NCBI GenBank assembly: GCA_048013815.1
Contig: CM106585.1
Span: 13,268,001 to 13,332,000, forward strand
Source of the DNA: Setoptus koraiensis
Taxonomy: Eukaryota; Animalia; Arthropoda
Direction of reading: 5' to 3'
Length of the DNA: 64,000 bases
Shown here: positions 22,968-34,732 of the stretch, one piece after another
Layout: each line of letters starts with the position of its first letter
Numbering within the stretch: the first letter of the stretch is position 1
The notes under the pieces: generated by a model
Database searches by the model: none
What the model was told of the DNA's origin: nothing
The model's input: only the letters and a program-made list of their open reading frames with translations
Position numbers and translations under genes: made by a program

Positions 22968-23135
22968 GTGGCAAAGGTTGTTTGCTGCACCAATTGTGGC
23001 ACCCAATTTAGACACGGCCACAATGACATCATGATCCAGTTGTCGTGATCGGTCTCTCACAGTTGTGGTTGGCTTCTTTCCGTCTTTCGGCTTGCCAGCC
23101 GGGTTGCTGCTTTTTTCACTACTGTTGCAGCCCAT
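22956..23135 (-). CDS. Candidate small protein or first exon with an N-myristoylation/palmitoylation motif (MGCNSSEK...)
   Basis: ATG in a CAAAATGG context. MGCNSS fits MGxxxS with Cys3, followed by a Lys-rich stretch. 59 aa if unspliced; GTGAGA donor at 23060 after codon 25. Confidence 0.4.
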   Translation of the reverse strand: MGCNSSEKSSNPAGKPKDGKKPTTTVRDRSRQLDHDVIVAVSKLGATIGAANNLCHLSM

Positions 23136-24119
23136 TTTGCGACCCACTATCCCGTCGCTTGTTAGGCAGCAATTAATTAGTATGCAAATTGAGTCAAATT
23201 GACAAGAGTCACTCAATTAGAGATTGAAAAAATAGTATGAGTAGCCACTGATGAAGCACTAAAAACAGTGGTATTTGCATGCAAAGAATATGCCCCCATT
23301 CCATCGAACCATTCCATTATATCCACTGACAAATGAGCTGATATTGTTTGAGCGTTTGTCGCCGATATGCCAGTGGATGGCACAGACTGGACGAGAGCTT
23401 GGCGCGCTTGTCGACAAGCTCTCGTCGAGAATCTTCCAACTTCACGACGGTGCGAGCTTTACCGAGTTGCATCATGCAATTAATTAATCGTTAATTGTGC
23501 TCAAGTGGCTCAAACAATTATTACATATACATATTATATGTACATGTTGACAGTGTTGGCAGCCAATTAATTACAATGATGGACACACGAGCCAAGAGCC
23601 CGCTGAGGAGGCTGCGAGCATGCGGAAAACCGCGCACACGATAATTGCTACCCTCGTTGTCGCCACCAACTACCAATTTGCGACTGGCCCATTTGGCTGC
23701 GATTAGCAATGCCGAAATGATGCAGAAATGTTGCCGAAATAGTGCAGAAATGCTGGCATTAAGCCACTCTGGCCCAGGCCGAATCTGGCCTCCAGTTTCT
23801 GAAAAATCCTCCTTCTGAAAAATCCTTATTCTCGAAAATTCTCATCTCACATAAGAGGCGGAATGGACTCGGCCGGCAGCTCTTTTCGGAAAATTTTTCG
23901 ATTCGTAATGATATTTTGCCGCTCGAACTGAACTCATACCGTGTAACGTCAGTGTCTGAGACTGGCCAGATGATAACGTCGGCCACATCACCTGTTGGCG
24001 GTGCAACAGATCGCCAGCACAACTTGTGAGTCACAAGTGGTTGATGATTGCGATATTCGTATCATTTATCCTTGCTCACTTATTCTTATTTGTGGCTCGC
24101 TGATTCGCTGGCGGCTGCT

Positions 24120-24189
24120 CACCTGTATTCCGTTCACCTGTGCTCCATTCACCTGTGCTTCATTCACCTGTGCTTCATTCACCTGTGCT
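24120..24189. repeat. 15-bp tandem array, 5 copies, each containing CACCTG (E-box)
   Basis: CACCTG at 24120, 24135, 24150, 24165 and 24180. Confidence 0.9.
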
Positions 24190-27138
24190 CTCATTGGGCT
24201 GGTCATTGGGCTGGCCTGAACAATATGTAGCAGCTTGCATGAACTGTTGACAGGCACTGTTGCATCATGGCCGCGCTAGATCTCGCCGGTTAGATAAGCC
24301 GTTGTGAGCTAGTTTCGTTTCATCCGCAACAACAGCTGATAATCGTATCTTATCTCCGGCGAGTATCTCAGTCAGTTTTTTATCAGTCTCAGCGCCGCTT
24401 TGAACCTCGGAATGCGCTGAGATTTCAATGCGAGGGAGTAGGCCAATTAATCAGGCGCTTGCATCATCAGCTGAACAAGGTTGCATAATGAATAATCAGA
24501 TGCGCGAATCCCGTGTCATCGCACACGACGATAAGAGCACAATGATAAGAGGCTGATATTATTGCCGAGATTGTTTATGATGACAACACATCATAATGAG
24601 ATTGCTTTGTTTTCTGGTCTCGCTTTTTTACGTGCGCTGCCATTCGCGCGCACCATACACACAAATATAAACAAATATAAACAAATATATAATGACCATT
24701 GTTGCTATTCATCCACCGGCCTCCGCAAACAAGACAGCCCAGTCCACTTCCGCATGCCGAACAAATGCAGATAAGTGTGCCCATTTGATGGGTCCCGCTT
24801 TCAGCGCTAACACTGCTCGAGAAGGCAATCAAATTGTTTGATTGCGAGCCAGTTGCATCAGCAGTTGCGAATGATACTATCCGACCAACTGACAGCAACT
24901 GATTTATGGAATCGGAAGCGGCCACTTTTTAGTTGTCGTCATTGTCGAGTCGTCACAGACGAGGACGAGAGGAAAATTTTCTTCGTCTGAAAACGCTGTT
25001 TGTTACGATGACGATCAAGTGTGACTAGGCTAGCGGCAAACCGGAAACGGCCGTTCGCCCGCCCGCCCGCCCGCAAATCAATTAGCGCAAAAGAGCGAGA
25101 TTTCGCGATATTTTCAAAGGGTTCCAATGGGTGACAATGGTGCAAATGTGACACCATTGTCATAATTGAAAAATGCTCTCATTTTCTATAGCTCGATCGA
25201 TTTGCTATTCGCACATCCTGTTTGCGAGCCAACATTTTTGTTGAAAAGTGTTCCGTTGCAGGCATTGCCAGAAATAGTGCTGGCGTTGTGATTATAATTG
25301 ATTTTGGCCCTGATCGCTGATGGTGGTCAGAAGAGATTTTCTCGCTGGCTACATGGCCGACAAACTTTCACAACGGGCAGCCAACAAATTGTATGGGTAC
25401 CGAGGCGAAGTTGCGGCCACCACGATTTGCGGTGGCTTCATTCTGTTGTTTGTCGTTAATGTAACATGTTACCAGTTGTTTTTGATACTTACAACCACTT
25501 ACTGTTAGTTTCAGATTTTTCTAATTTTTCTAATTGAAGCCGCTAGGGGAACATATATACATCTTATAATCTCTAGGAGAGTGTAATTAATACCCCTTCT
25601 GGCGTGCTAATTGGACTTTTGGCCGTGATGCGGGCAGCATCAATGGCGCCAATCGTTGCTTCGACGGCACCCGTGAATCGCGCGCCAGATTAGTGGCGTC
25701 GAAATAGCGCTCCGGCTTTCGGAGCGGAAACAAGGCCAACTTGTTGATTGTTTGGAAGGGTTGTGCACACTTTGGCCCTTCTCAGACTCTGACACTCACA
25801 GCTTGCTCACGCCCGATGTGATATCGGCCCTGATCGGTCCGAGCCGCGGCGGATATTTATGCCAATTGGTAGCCGGGTCGGGTGATCAACGGGCCCTCGA
25901 ATTGGAAATCCGGCATGGCGCGGCATATTCACGAGTCGGGCCGACAGCCCAGCAGGCTTGTCGCAGCACCCTGTGGCCGGTCACAGTGGCGCCGCCGTTG
26001 GTGCATAAATTAGCGTGAGCAGAAGACGTGACTCGCAAACAGGCAGCCCCCATTGAGGATGCCGTTGGTTGGCATTGTTGTGCCGGTCGGGCGACGGGCG
26101 CAGTTGCGCAACGTTGCCGCGAATCGGGCGACACAACATTGTTTACGACAATGTGCGGCGATCACCGATTGCATTGCCGATATGTTTTCGACGGCGCCAA
26201 ATTTCGTGACTCGGGCCGCCCAGTCGTGCCTGCATGCGGTGCCGAGACAATGCTCATTGGCGCGGCTCATGCAATCCGTCTAATTGCGGCACAAATTTTC
26301 CGAAATGCGGTAAATATTCAAAAATATTCAATGCGGCGCGGATCGGGCGAGTTTGCGGCGCTTCAGTGCAAAACGATCGAAAAACTTATCGCTGATAAGT
26401 TATCACTTGACAATCACGATCGATGTCTCTATCGAGTCGGTGCGTTATCGCCGGATATCGGCGATATCCGGCGATAGTTTGCAAGTGCGACTGCATGATG
26501 ATTGTCGACTCGCATAGCCGGCGACAAAGTGATACAAAGTGATACAAAGTGAGACAATGTGAGACAATTGTGAGCGTCGTGCGCGCAATTTCTCGGCTAC
26601 TGGCCGGTAGTTGTCGCCATTGTCATTGCAACTTGCGTTAGCAAACTGTGCAACACTGTTTGCTGGCCAGTCTGTGGCCAGCCGGACTGGCTGTTTTGCT
26701 TTATTATTTGGTCGCTTATTAACGGTCATTTCATATTCATATACATGCCAACAGAGAGCAACAAGTGGTTTTGTTGTTTTGACATTGTTGCTCCCTGAGT
26801 AATCTCGTCTAATAGTTTATAGGAAGTGGCCGCAACGAGCGGCAACTTGTCGCGGACGGGCCGGCTCTCGTTGCGGTAGTGGCTCATGTGCCGCATGGGC
26901 TTTGCCCGTCGACTTAATTTAAATACGCAATTCATTCAATTGAGTGTCGCTGTCGCTTTGTTCGAAGCGAGCCGGCCAGAGATAATCTGTTTAGGGGCTG
27001 GCTTGACACAAGTTGTAACTTATACGCTTGTGTGCGACTGGACAGTTATTGTTGTTTGCAGTTTATGGCAACACACACACACTTAAACACAACAACAAAC
27101 ACAAACAAATGTGTTTCGTGAGCACATCCGAGGGCGCA

Positions 27139-27222
27139 GACGACAACAACAACAGCGACAACGACAACAACAGCGACAACGACAACAACAGCGACAACGA
27201 CAACAACAGCGACAACGACAAC
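27139..27222. repeat. 18-bp tandem repeat (GACAACAACAGCGACAAC)
   Basis: Direct reading; about 4.5 copies. Confidence 0.9.
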
Positions 27223-28969
27223 AAAACATCCATTTCGCTCGAACCAGCATTCAGCCCGATTGTCCGGGCTTGGGCTGTTGCGCAATTGTGCGCTCGCCAG
27301 GCCAGGAAGAAGAGCAACAGGTTGTTGCAAAGGTCACTGACTTGGCCGCGGCGCGGCGACGGGTAATTGGAGAGCGGCGGCCCGACAAGTGCAAGTGTAA
27401 CAATAGTTGAAGGTTACACTCGTCACACCGGCAAAGCCCGGCCAAAGTGGCCAAGCCAAAGTGGCCTAGTGCACGCCAACAGCCAGCGATGGGCGCCCGA
27501 ACGCTGGCACAAAATGCGGCCGGCCAGCTCACACAAAATCACCGCTAAATCAAATTAATGGAATATTCTAATTCAGTTCGGTTGGCCCGCTCGACAAACA
27601 AAACAATGCCCACAAGTCACGAGCATCGCTTTTTGTTTCTCTCCAACCGTTGCAGTCCAACGGTCTCGCCAACCGACGGTCTCTCTAATGGTCGCAAATT
27701 GCGCAAATCGCCAAGCCAAACAACAGTTAGCGACTCAGCATTGTTGAGTCAACAGTCGCAAGCGAAACAGTTATGAATATTCGCCGCTCGCTAATTATCT
27801 CTCGCCGTTATTATTTTGTCTGACTCGCTAATCATCGTTTTGTTTGCCCACCCACAACGTTCTCACTAATCAGCTCGCCACTTTGGCCGCCACTGAAAGG
27901 TGCACCAACTAGCACACTAGACAAGCATTATATCGCAACACTATCAGTAACTTGCGAACATCATTGTGTCAATTTGATCTGTCACTCGATCAGGAGCAAA
28001 ACGCGAATTTGCAAACAAATTTCTAATCGCATTTGGCCAGCCGATCCAGTTACCAATCCTGTGACTTGCCCATTGACTGGCCAGGGTGCTAGCTTCACGA
28101 TGTGCGCCAATTGCAATCGATCGATCAGGCCAAATTGACCCAATTGTTTCTAATCTGATCGCTTTTCTCCTCGCTCGGCCAAGTCTATGCGCTCGCAACA
28201 ATCGTTACACGATCGTTTAATTACCTGTCGCTATGTTGTTTCAGCAATGTGTATCGTTTCAGATAATGGTTGAATTGTAATAAGCGAGCTCGCACTCAAA
28301 CAAACTGCTTGCGCCTCGATCAGTGAAAAATTCAATTTCACAATCATCGTTATATCATCATTAGCGCCGACGAAATGCCTTGAAAATCGACCTTTTTTTC
28401 TTATCGTCGACCGAAAACTCTGCGACTCGTCGTACGCGGATGGCTCGATGTATTGTAGTGGTCTAGAATGCATTTTTTTTTCACCGAAATCCAAATTGCC
28501 CCTTTTTTGCTGTTTCCGTGAACAATATTGAAAATTTTTCCAACAGACAACTTGACTCAATGGTTGTTGAATTTGAATAGTTGTTGCCTATTGAATAGCC
28601 TGATTTGTTAGGTGGGTCCTCGCGACCCCGTAGGACTTTTTGACAACATAGTGAGTTTTGTTATGGAATAAACGATGCCGAAATGCATCGAGTAGATCGA
28701 TAAGCACACATCGAAATCAGATCGTCTGCTCTTTGAGCGCGCGAGTAAAAAAGCAGACGAAAGTGTTCAAATTTATCGCCGACCGGCCTGTATGCCTGGC
28801 GCGAGGCGATTCGGAGAGCAAGATTCAAGTTGTACAGTCAGTTGTGAGCGATATGCGCCGAAAAATACCAAAAAACCTAGTTTTCTAACTGGCGATACTA
28901 TCGCCGCGACAGTGGTCCGAAAAATGACCGAGGAGCAAGAAAAAAGTACGGGGGCAGATTTTTCGCGAC

Positions 28970-29072
28970 AATTTTTCCGAATTTTTCCAAGTTTCGAATT
29001 TTTCGAAATTCCGAATTTTTCGAAACTCCGAATTTTTCCAAGTTTCGAATTTTTCGAAACTCCAAATTTTTC
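28970..29072. repeat. AT-rich internally repeated tract (GAATTTTTCGAAA/GAATTTTTCCAAG units)
   Basis: A roughly 56-bp block is duplicated and built from near-palindromic TTTTCGAAA subunits. Confidence 0.8.
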
Positions 29073-29671
29073 GCTGGCTCATCGAGCGATCGCACAATCG
29101 AAAGGAAAAATGAGCACTTGGCGACTCGTAGTACTTTTGTTTGTCTGTTTATTATTATATAAAAGAATATGAATATGTAATTTATATAGTTGGTTGTGTA
29201 GTCAATGTTGCTATCAATGTGATTCAGCGGTATTAGTATCATTACTGATATCACTGATTTGTCATAGCAATGTCATGGCGACCTGTGGTGTGCGTGTGAT
29301 TCTCACGATGGGCAGAAGCAGCGCGCTTGGGACAACGACAGAACGAGAGAAGAAAAAGATTAATTATATTCATGAGTTATTATTACATAATTGTCACCAT
29401 GCGCAAGCCATTTAGCAGACCAAATAACTGTTATCCCATTTGCTATATAACTCTTGCTTGTTTGCCGATCGACTATGTTGACTTGACAACTACTGTCATC
29501 CCTGGTACAGTAGTTTTAAGTAAAATAATTTCAAATATAATTGGTTGATGATAATTTTAGCAAGCATTACAAACACATTACGTCATTGCGCCACATTGGT
29601 TGGGCCCAACTTTGTGACCAGCCGAGAATAGAGAATGTGATTAAAATGAATGTTGCTATGAAATGTGGCTA

Positions 29672-30331
29672 TTAGTGGCTTTCCATGGGGCGCATTATGT
29701 ACCAGTTGCGATTGTTGGAAGCGGCCGCTCTGGCGCCCTTGAGGCCGTCCTCGCTTTGGCGCTGTTGTTGATCCTCTAACTGTTCGAAGGTTTGGCCCAG
29801 TTGTTGATTGTTGTTGTGATTGATAATTGTGTCGTATTGGGTGGTGATGGCGGACGAGCCAGCGGGATTGTTGTTGGCGTAGTTGGCTGGCGCATTGTTG
29901 CGTCGCAAATCGGGATTAGTGTTGTATTGATTGGCACTTAATGAGTTGCCCAAAATAGGCGATTGAATGGTGGTTGTCTGGACCGGAGAATCGTCGAAGT
30001 TGTTGTTCAATGCCTGCTGCTGCTGCTGCTCTTGACCGTCACTTCCGTCGTCCTTGTCGGCTATTTGTTGTGGCTGTTGTTGTTGTTGCGAGTAGCCAGA
30101 GTTTCTCGGTTGTTGCTGCTGCTGCTGCTGTCTAAACTGCTGTACTGGTTGCTGTTGCGGGTAGACGGCCGGGCTTCGTTGGGCCTGCCCAAAGGGCAGC
30201 GGAGTGGGCGCCGAAACGGATTGCGGACGAGCGCCGTATTGCTGTTGCTGCTGCTGCTGTTGTTGTTGGCGCTGGAGGGCGGCGGGTCGGAGGCCGGCGT
30301 TGGTGTTGGTCTTGGCCGGTTGGCGTCCGTA
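29672..30331 (-). CDS. Exon 3 of the chitin-binding (CBM14) gene, Q/N/P/Y-rich tail
   Basis: Branch CTAAT and acceptor tcacacag|TAC at 30331. Open frame YGRQPAKTNT...MRPMESH* with no stops, in phase 0 with the exon-2 donor ACG|GTAATT (34732), and with the same composition as exons 1-2. Confidence 0.72.
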   Translation of the reverse strand, partial: YGRQPAKTNTNAGLRPAALQRQQQQQQQQQQYGARPQSVSAPTPLPFGQAQRSPAVYPQQQPVQQFRQQQQQQQPRNSGYSQQQQQPQQIADKDDGSDGQEQQQQQALNNNFDDSPVQTTTIQSPILGNSLSANQYNTNPDLRRNNAPANYANNNPAGSSAITTQYDTIINHNNNQQLGQTFEQLEDQQQRQSEDGLKGARAAASNNRNWYIMRPMESH

Positions 30332-30569
30332 CTGTGTGAATACAATATGCGGATTGTAATTAGGGATTTAGCGAGACAGGAGGAATTAGCGAAATAGCTT
30401 TTAGGGCATAGGTTAGCTAGCGTGTCTAGACTGAGTGGCCAATTAAACACAGCGAGTGGTGATTTATTCGCTGTGTGTCTGGCGTTATGACGGGCCGGAT
30501 TAGTGATTGTGCGGATTTGATTGCCGAGGGCACTTTGTTGGTTGGCCGGCGGCGAGCGCAATATGGCAC

Positions 30570-30620
30570 GATACATTTGTAAGGCCGATACATTTGTAAG
30601 GCCGATACATTTGTAAGGCC
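30570..30620. repeat. 17-bp perfect tandem repeat x3 (GATACATTTGTAAGGCC)
   Basis: Direct reading. Confidence 0.95.
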
Positions 30621-32864
30621 GGGATCCGTTGCGCAATGCGCATCCGCGCTGTCCGGACTCCGGACACAAACGTCACGCATCGCATTCGGTCATCTTTGGT
30701 TGTGAGTGCGCACAATTGGCACTGGCCGGATAAGTGGCGCCACTGACATAAATCAGCTGGCGCGCATAATTAATAAGGATATCAGCTGGCGCTGCTGTCA
30801 ATTTGGTCAACGGCGACAAAGTTTCGCACAATTACCAAAAATTACCTGTCAAGTGGCCGGTGGCGACTGCAACACGGTTGCGGCACGGGCGCGATTATCG
30901 GTCTGGCCGACTGTCCGAGCGACGGCACAAACGGGCTGGCCGATATGCCGGCGTGGTGACGGCAAGTGACGCAGCGATTGCACTGCGTTGCAATTAGAAT
31001 AATAACACTCGTTGTCCGTTATTACGTTATCATCATGTTATTACGTTACGCGCTCACAAGCGAGTCAGCTGAGCGCGTCTGACAGTTGGCAGTGTTATCA
31101 ATCATCGTTGGTTAGTTAATCACTGGCGTTGGTTGCGTAACGAGCCGCTTAACGGCAACATTGGCCGTCGTCGTCGTTGGTGTGTGTGTGTGCTCAACTA
31201 AACACACACACACACACAATCGGAATCATCATGTCATTGTTGCGGCGGTCGTCTTCTTATCGCGCTGCGTCAACGCAACAACAACAACGACAACAACAAC
31301 AGCCACAGCAACGACAACAACAACAGCCACAGCAAAAACAGCAGCAGCAACAACAGCGACAACTGCAACAGGTTGCCGGCTTACAAAGCTGAACAGTTGA
31401 GGGCCACTCATTAAGTCGCCGAGTGGCGCCGTCTTTGTTTGTTGCAACGGCAATTTGGGCCGCAGCCCGCGTAGCCAGGCGAGGAAGTGCGCTTGTATTG
31501 TTTTTTAATTGTTGACACTGCCGCTCGGCGGCCGGCGAGCATTGATTTTCTGAAATTATAATAATAATAACACGGCCATGATGATGTTGTTGGCACTGGC
31601 CGCCGCACGCCAAACAATTATCGCCGTCTCGCTAACGCCGGCAACGGGTTGCCGGCGCTAAACGGGCCGCCGCGCCAAGCTCTGACAACTTGCCCGGCGA
31701 GAGCCGCTTCTGGCCGAGACAGCGGCTGTCCCGGCCAGAGGGCGGGTGTTGCTGGCAGCGGCGGAGCGATGCGAATTCGCGGATGCCCGGCCCGACGGCC
31801 CGACAGCCCGACAGCCTGACAGCCCGACAGCAAGACAGCCCTACACAGTACACATACACTGGCGATTTCGGGCGGCCAGACGAGCCTGGCGTGCGGCGCA
31901 AAACGGCGTACGGGCGCAGGAAAAGTGCCCAACGAGTTCGGCGGGCCTGAGCGCAAGCGGATCGCTCAACCATTTGTCACACCGGTGATTCGATCGCCAT
32001 TGATTAGTGTCGGCCGTCGTCGTCGTCAGTGTGGCCAGACGGACGTTAAATTGGCCGCACAAGCGCACAGGTAGTCACAGGTAGTCACAGGTAGTTGTAC
32101 TGTACGGCGCAACAAGTGATTATGTCGTTGGCCACCGTTGCGAGCCGGACATAATCAAGCTGTTTGTTGGCCGCTCGCATCGGCATGTTATTAATGGCGT
32201 AATCAACCGATGGCCGGCCAACAATGCCCTGTGCCCATGCCAAACGCACTGCTGATTACGCAACTGCTGCCTCTTGACACAGTGACAGCGGTGAGAGCGC
32301 GCCAAAAGCAATTATTAGCGGACGGTGCAAACCACATGTGATACAATGATGATACGGGACAGCACGGCACGGCACAGGATGATGATTCGCCAGCGCTGCT
32401 GCTGCCGCCACTTCCGGTTGGCGGCAGCACTGTTGCTGTTGCTGCTGTCGGTCAAATGGGCCGTCGCACCACACTGGCCAACTGGCTCACTGTTACAGCG
32501 ATATACTCTTATTGCGCAAGCGTAACAGGGCCACCACCAAGCCACAATTCTCTCGTCTCCCGTTCCATTATTCTCTCGTCTCCCTAATCTCCCTTTCGCC
32601 TCTCGGAGCTCCCCTCGCGCTCTCTTAAGGCCGCGTTCTCGCGTTATGTGTGTCTATGTGTGTCTGGGCGCCAGAGGCGTTCAGCTCAAGGCAGCAGCGG
32701 ATTATCCGCGCCAGCGCAAGTAGCCACTCGTAGCCCTGGCAAGCGGCTCGACGGCCACCAGACCGTTGCGTGCCGGCCTGACGCAATCGTTCGTTGGCTT
32801 CCAATTATCGGCTGACAACTTTCGAAACGGAGCCTTTTCCCATCGTCATAATGAACATCATCGT

Positions 32865-33008
32865 GGTCATCATCGTCATCGTCATCGTCCTAACCGTCAT
32901 CATCATCGTCATCAGCGTCGTCGCCGTCATCAGCGTCGTCGCCGTCATCAGCGTCGTCGCCGTCATCAGCGTCGTCAGCGTCGTCAGCGTCGTCACCGTC
33001 GTCATCAT
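32865..33008. repeat. CAT/CGT trinucleotide-derived tract with an 18-bp higher-order unit
   Basis: CAGCGTCGTCGCCGTCAT copies embedded in (CAT/CGT)n. Confidence 0.88.
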
Positions 33009-33612
33009 TGGCATCGCCCGTTAGTAATGACGCAATGCGTTTGCTGGCCGAATCAGCCGAAGAAGCGCTCAAATGACAGGTGGTGACGCAACAGTGAGCA
33101 ATGAGCGGCACGCACTTGCCACTGCGACAAGGGCGACGGGGCGACAAGCGCGCCAAACACGCACTGGGTCAGCTGGGCCACAACAGGTAGGCACAGGTAG
33201 TTTTGGCCAATTGTCTAGACTGACCAGTATCCAGCTACTTGCGAGCGCACATGCGAATGGTAGCAGTTACACTTTTTTAAACTGGGCACAACTCGGCACA
33301 GCTCGGCATTGACCGCTCACAATGCCGAGTTGTGCCGATGTAGCGCGCAGAAAGTCGCCTTGGGCTCGTCGTAATCAACGTGCTAGCACATTACTGGCAC
33401 GCACGATGACAGCTGTCAATATGTGAGCCAACAGCTGACTCTGAATGACAGCTCGCCTTGGCCTCACAAATCAAATCAATTGTGCGCGTGCGTCAATTGT
33501 TTGTAATGGCAACAAGTTGTGTTATAATACTTGTTAATTATAACAGAGTCGACGGGCTCGTCGAGACGCCAGCGCACGAGTGCCATGCAATGAGTTTTTT
33601 GTCAGCTCTTGA

Positions 33613-33669
33613 GCTGTTCAGCTGTTCAGCTGTTTAGCTGTTTAGCTGTTTAGCTGTTTAGCTGTTTAG
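33613..33669. repeat. 8-bp tandem array (AGCTGTTY) x7
   Basis: Direct reading. It ends in a fold-back; see findings. Confidence 0.9.
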
Positions 33670-34732
33670 GGTCCCCTAAACAGCTGAAGAGCCCGAGAGA
33701 CGAGGAGCCGAACAGCCGAAGCTCGGCTGTAGCGCGCACAACAGCTGACAGGTGAATGACAAAGCCGCGTGTATGATAATCGAGATCGGAGAGTATCAAG
33801 TCGATCGAGTGGCCGACAATGCGATCAACACTTGACTCGACTCGAGCGGCAACAAGTGCGCCCATTGTTGCCCGTCGACGGTGGCCGCAAAGGGTGATAT
33901 ATGAATAGATGGCGGATTAACCTTTTGCGACTCACTCACACCCGATCCGATCCGACTGACTGACTGACTGGCTGGCTGGCCGTGTAATCGTATCTTGTCT
34001 TATTAGCACCTTGCGTTGCTGTCACTATCGAGCGAGTTTGCGCTCATAGTCAGGCTCATTGTCAAATTCATTCACAAGTTGCGTATCATTGCTGGCCAAA
34101 ATAGCGCCCTATTGTAGCGAGTTCACAATCGAGTTCACAATCGAGTTCTGGCATAATTAATATCACTGGGCTTGGCGGCAACCTTGAAAAAACAGATTGT
34201 TTCATTGGCAGTTGGCTGGTAATTGCATATTTGTATATCTGCCTATCTGTTGTTCATCATCTGCGCTCGCTCGTCTCCATCTCATCGAGCGCATTATCAT
34301 CTCGTATCATTGCATGTTTATCACTGCCAAGATCGCCAACAATTGCAAGATGGTCGTGCCACGATCTTGCAATTGTTGTTAGCGATCAGCTGACAACTAT
34401 CCGGCGATCAGCTGACAACGATCTTGGCGATCAGCTGACAACTTCGCTTGTGAGCGCCGATGACAATAAGAGCCAATAAGGCACACGCGCGAACACATTG
34501 CGACACACAATTGCGACATGACAGACGACGACGCATCGCGCGCTCCAATGACGAGCCAACACCTAATCATTACGCCTGACAGCTGACAGCTGATGTCGGG
34601 CACGCGATGTCGCGCCAAACAGACAGCCAGACTGACAAATAATAATAGCGCAAATAATAAACAAAAAGACGCCATGGTGCGATATGGCAATATGCAAATA
34701 TTTCAAAGGGGAGAATAGCAGCTTATAATTAC

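Noticed and set aside
22765-23034. Plus-strand ORF with DDCNDNI repeats
   Set aside because: Openness is explained by the 21-bp minisatellite, which is open in several frames; there is no independent coding evidence.
22956-23135. G-alpha subunit N-terminus
   Set aside because: MGC and RSRQLD are reminiscent, but no KLLLLGAGESGKST P-loop follows and no G-alpha exons were found downstream.
23783-23970. MITE bounded by ATCTGGCC / GGCCAGAT
   Set aside because: The inverted match is only 8 bp perfect with gaps beyond, and there is no target-site duplication.
28612-28640. HDV-like loop TCCTCGCG in the GGGTC...GACCC hairpin, or a Helitron 3' end
   Set aside because: No P1 partner or P1.1 GG and no CTRR terminus at the expected distance; it is a single short hairpin.
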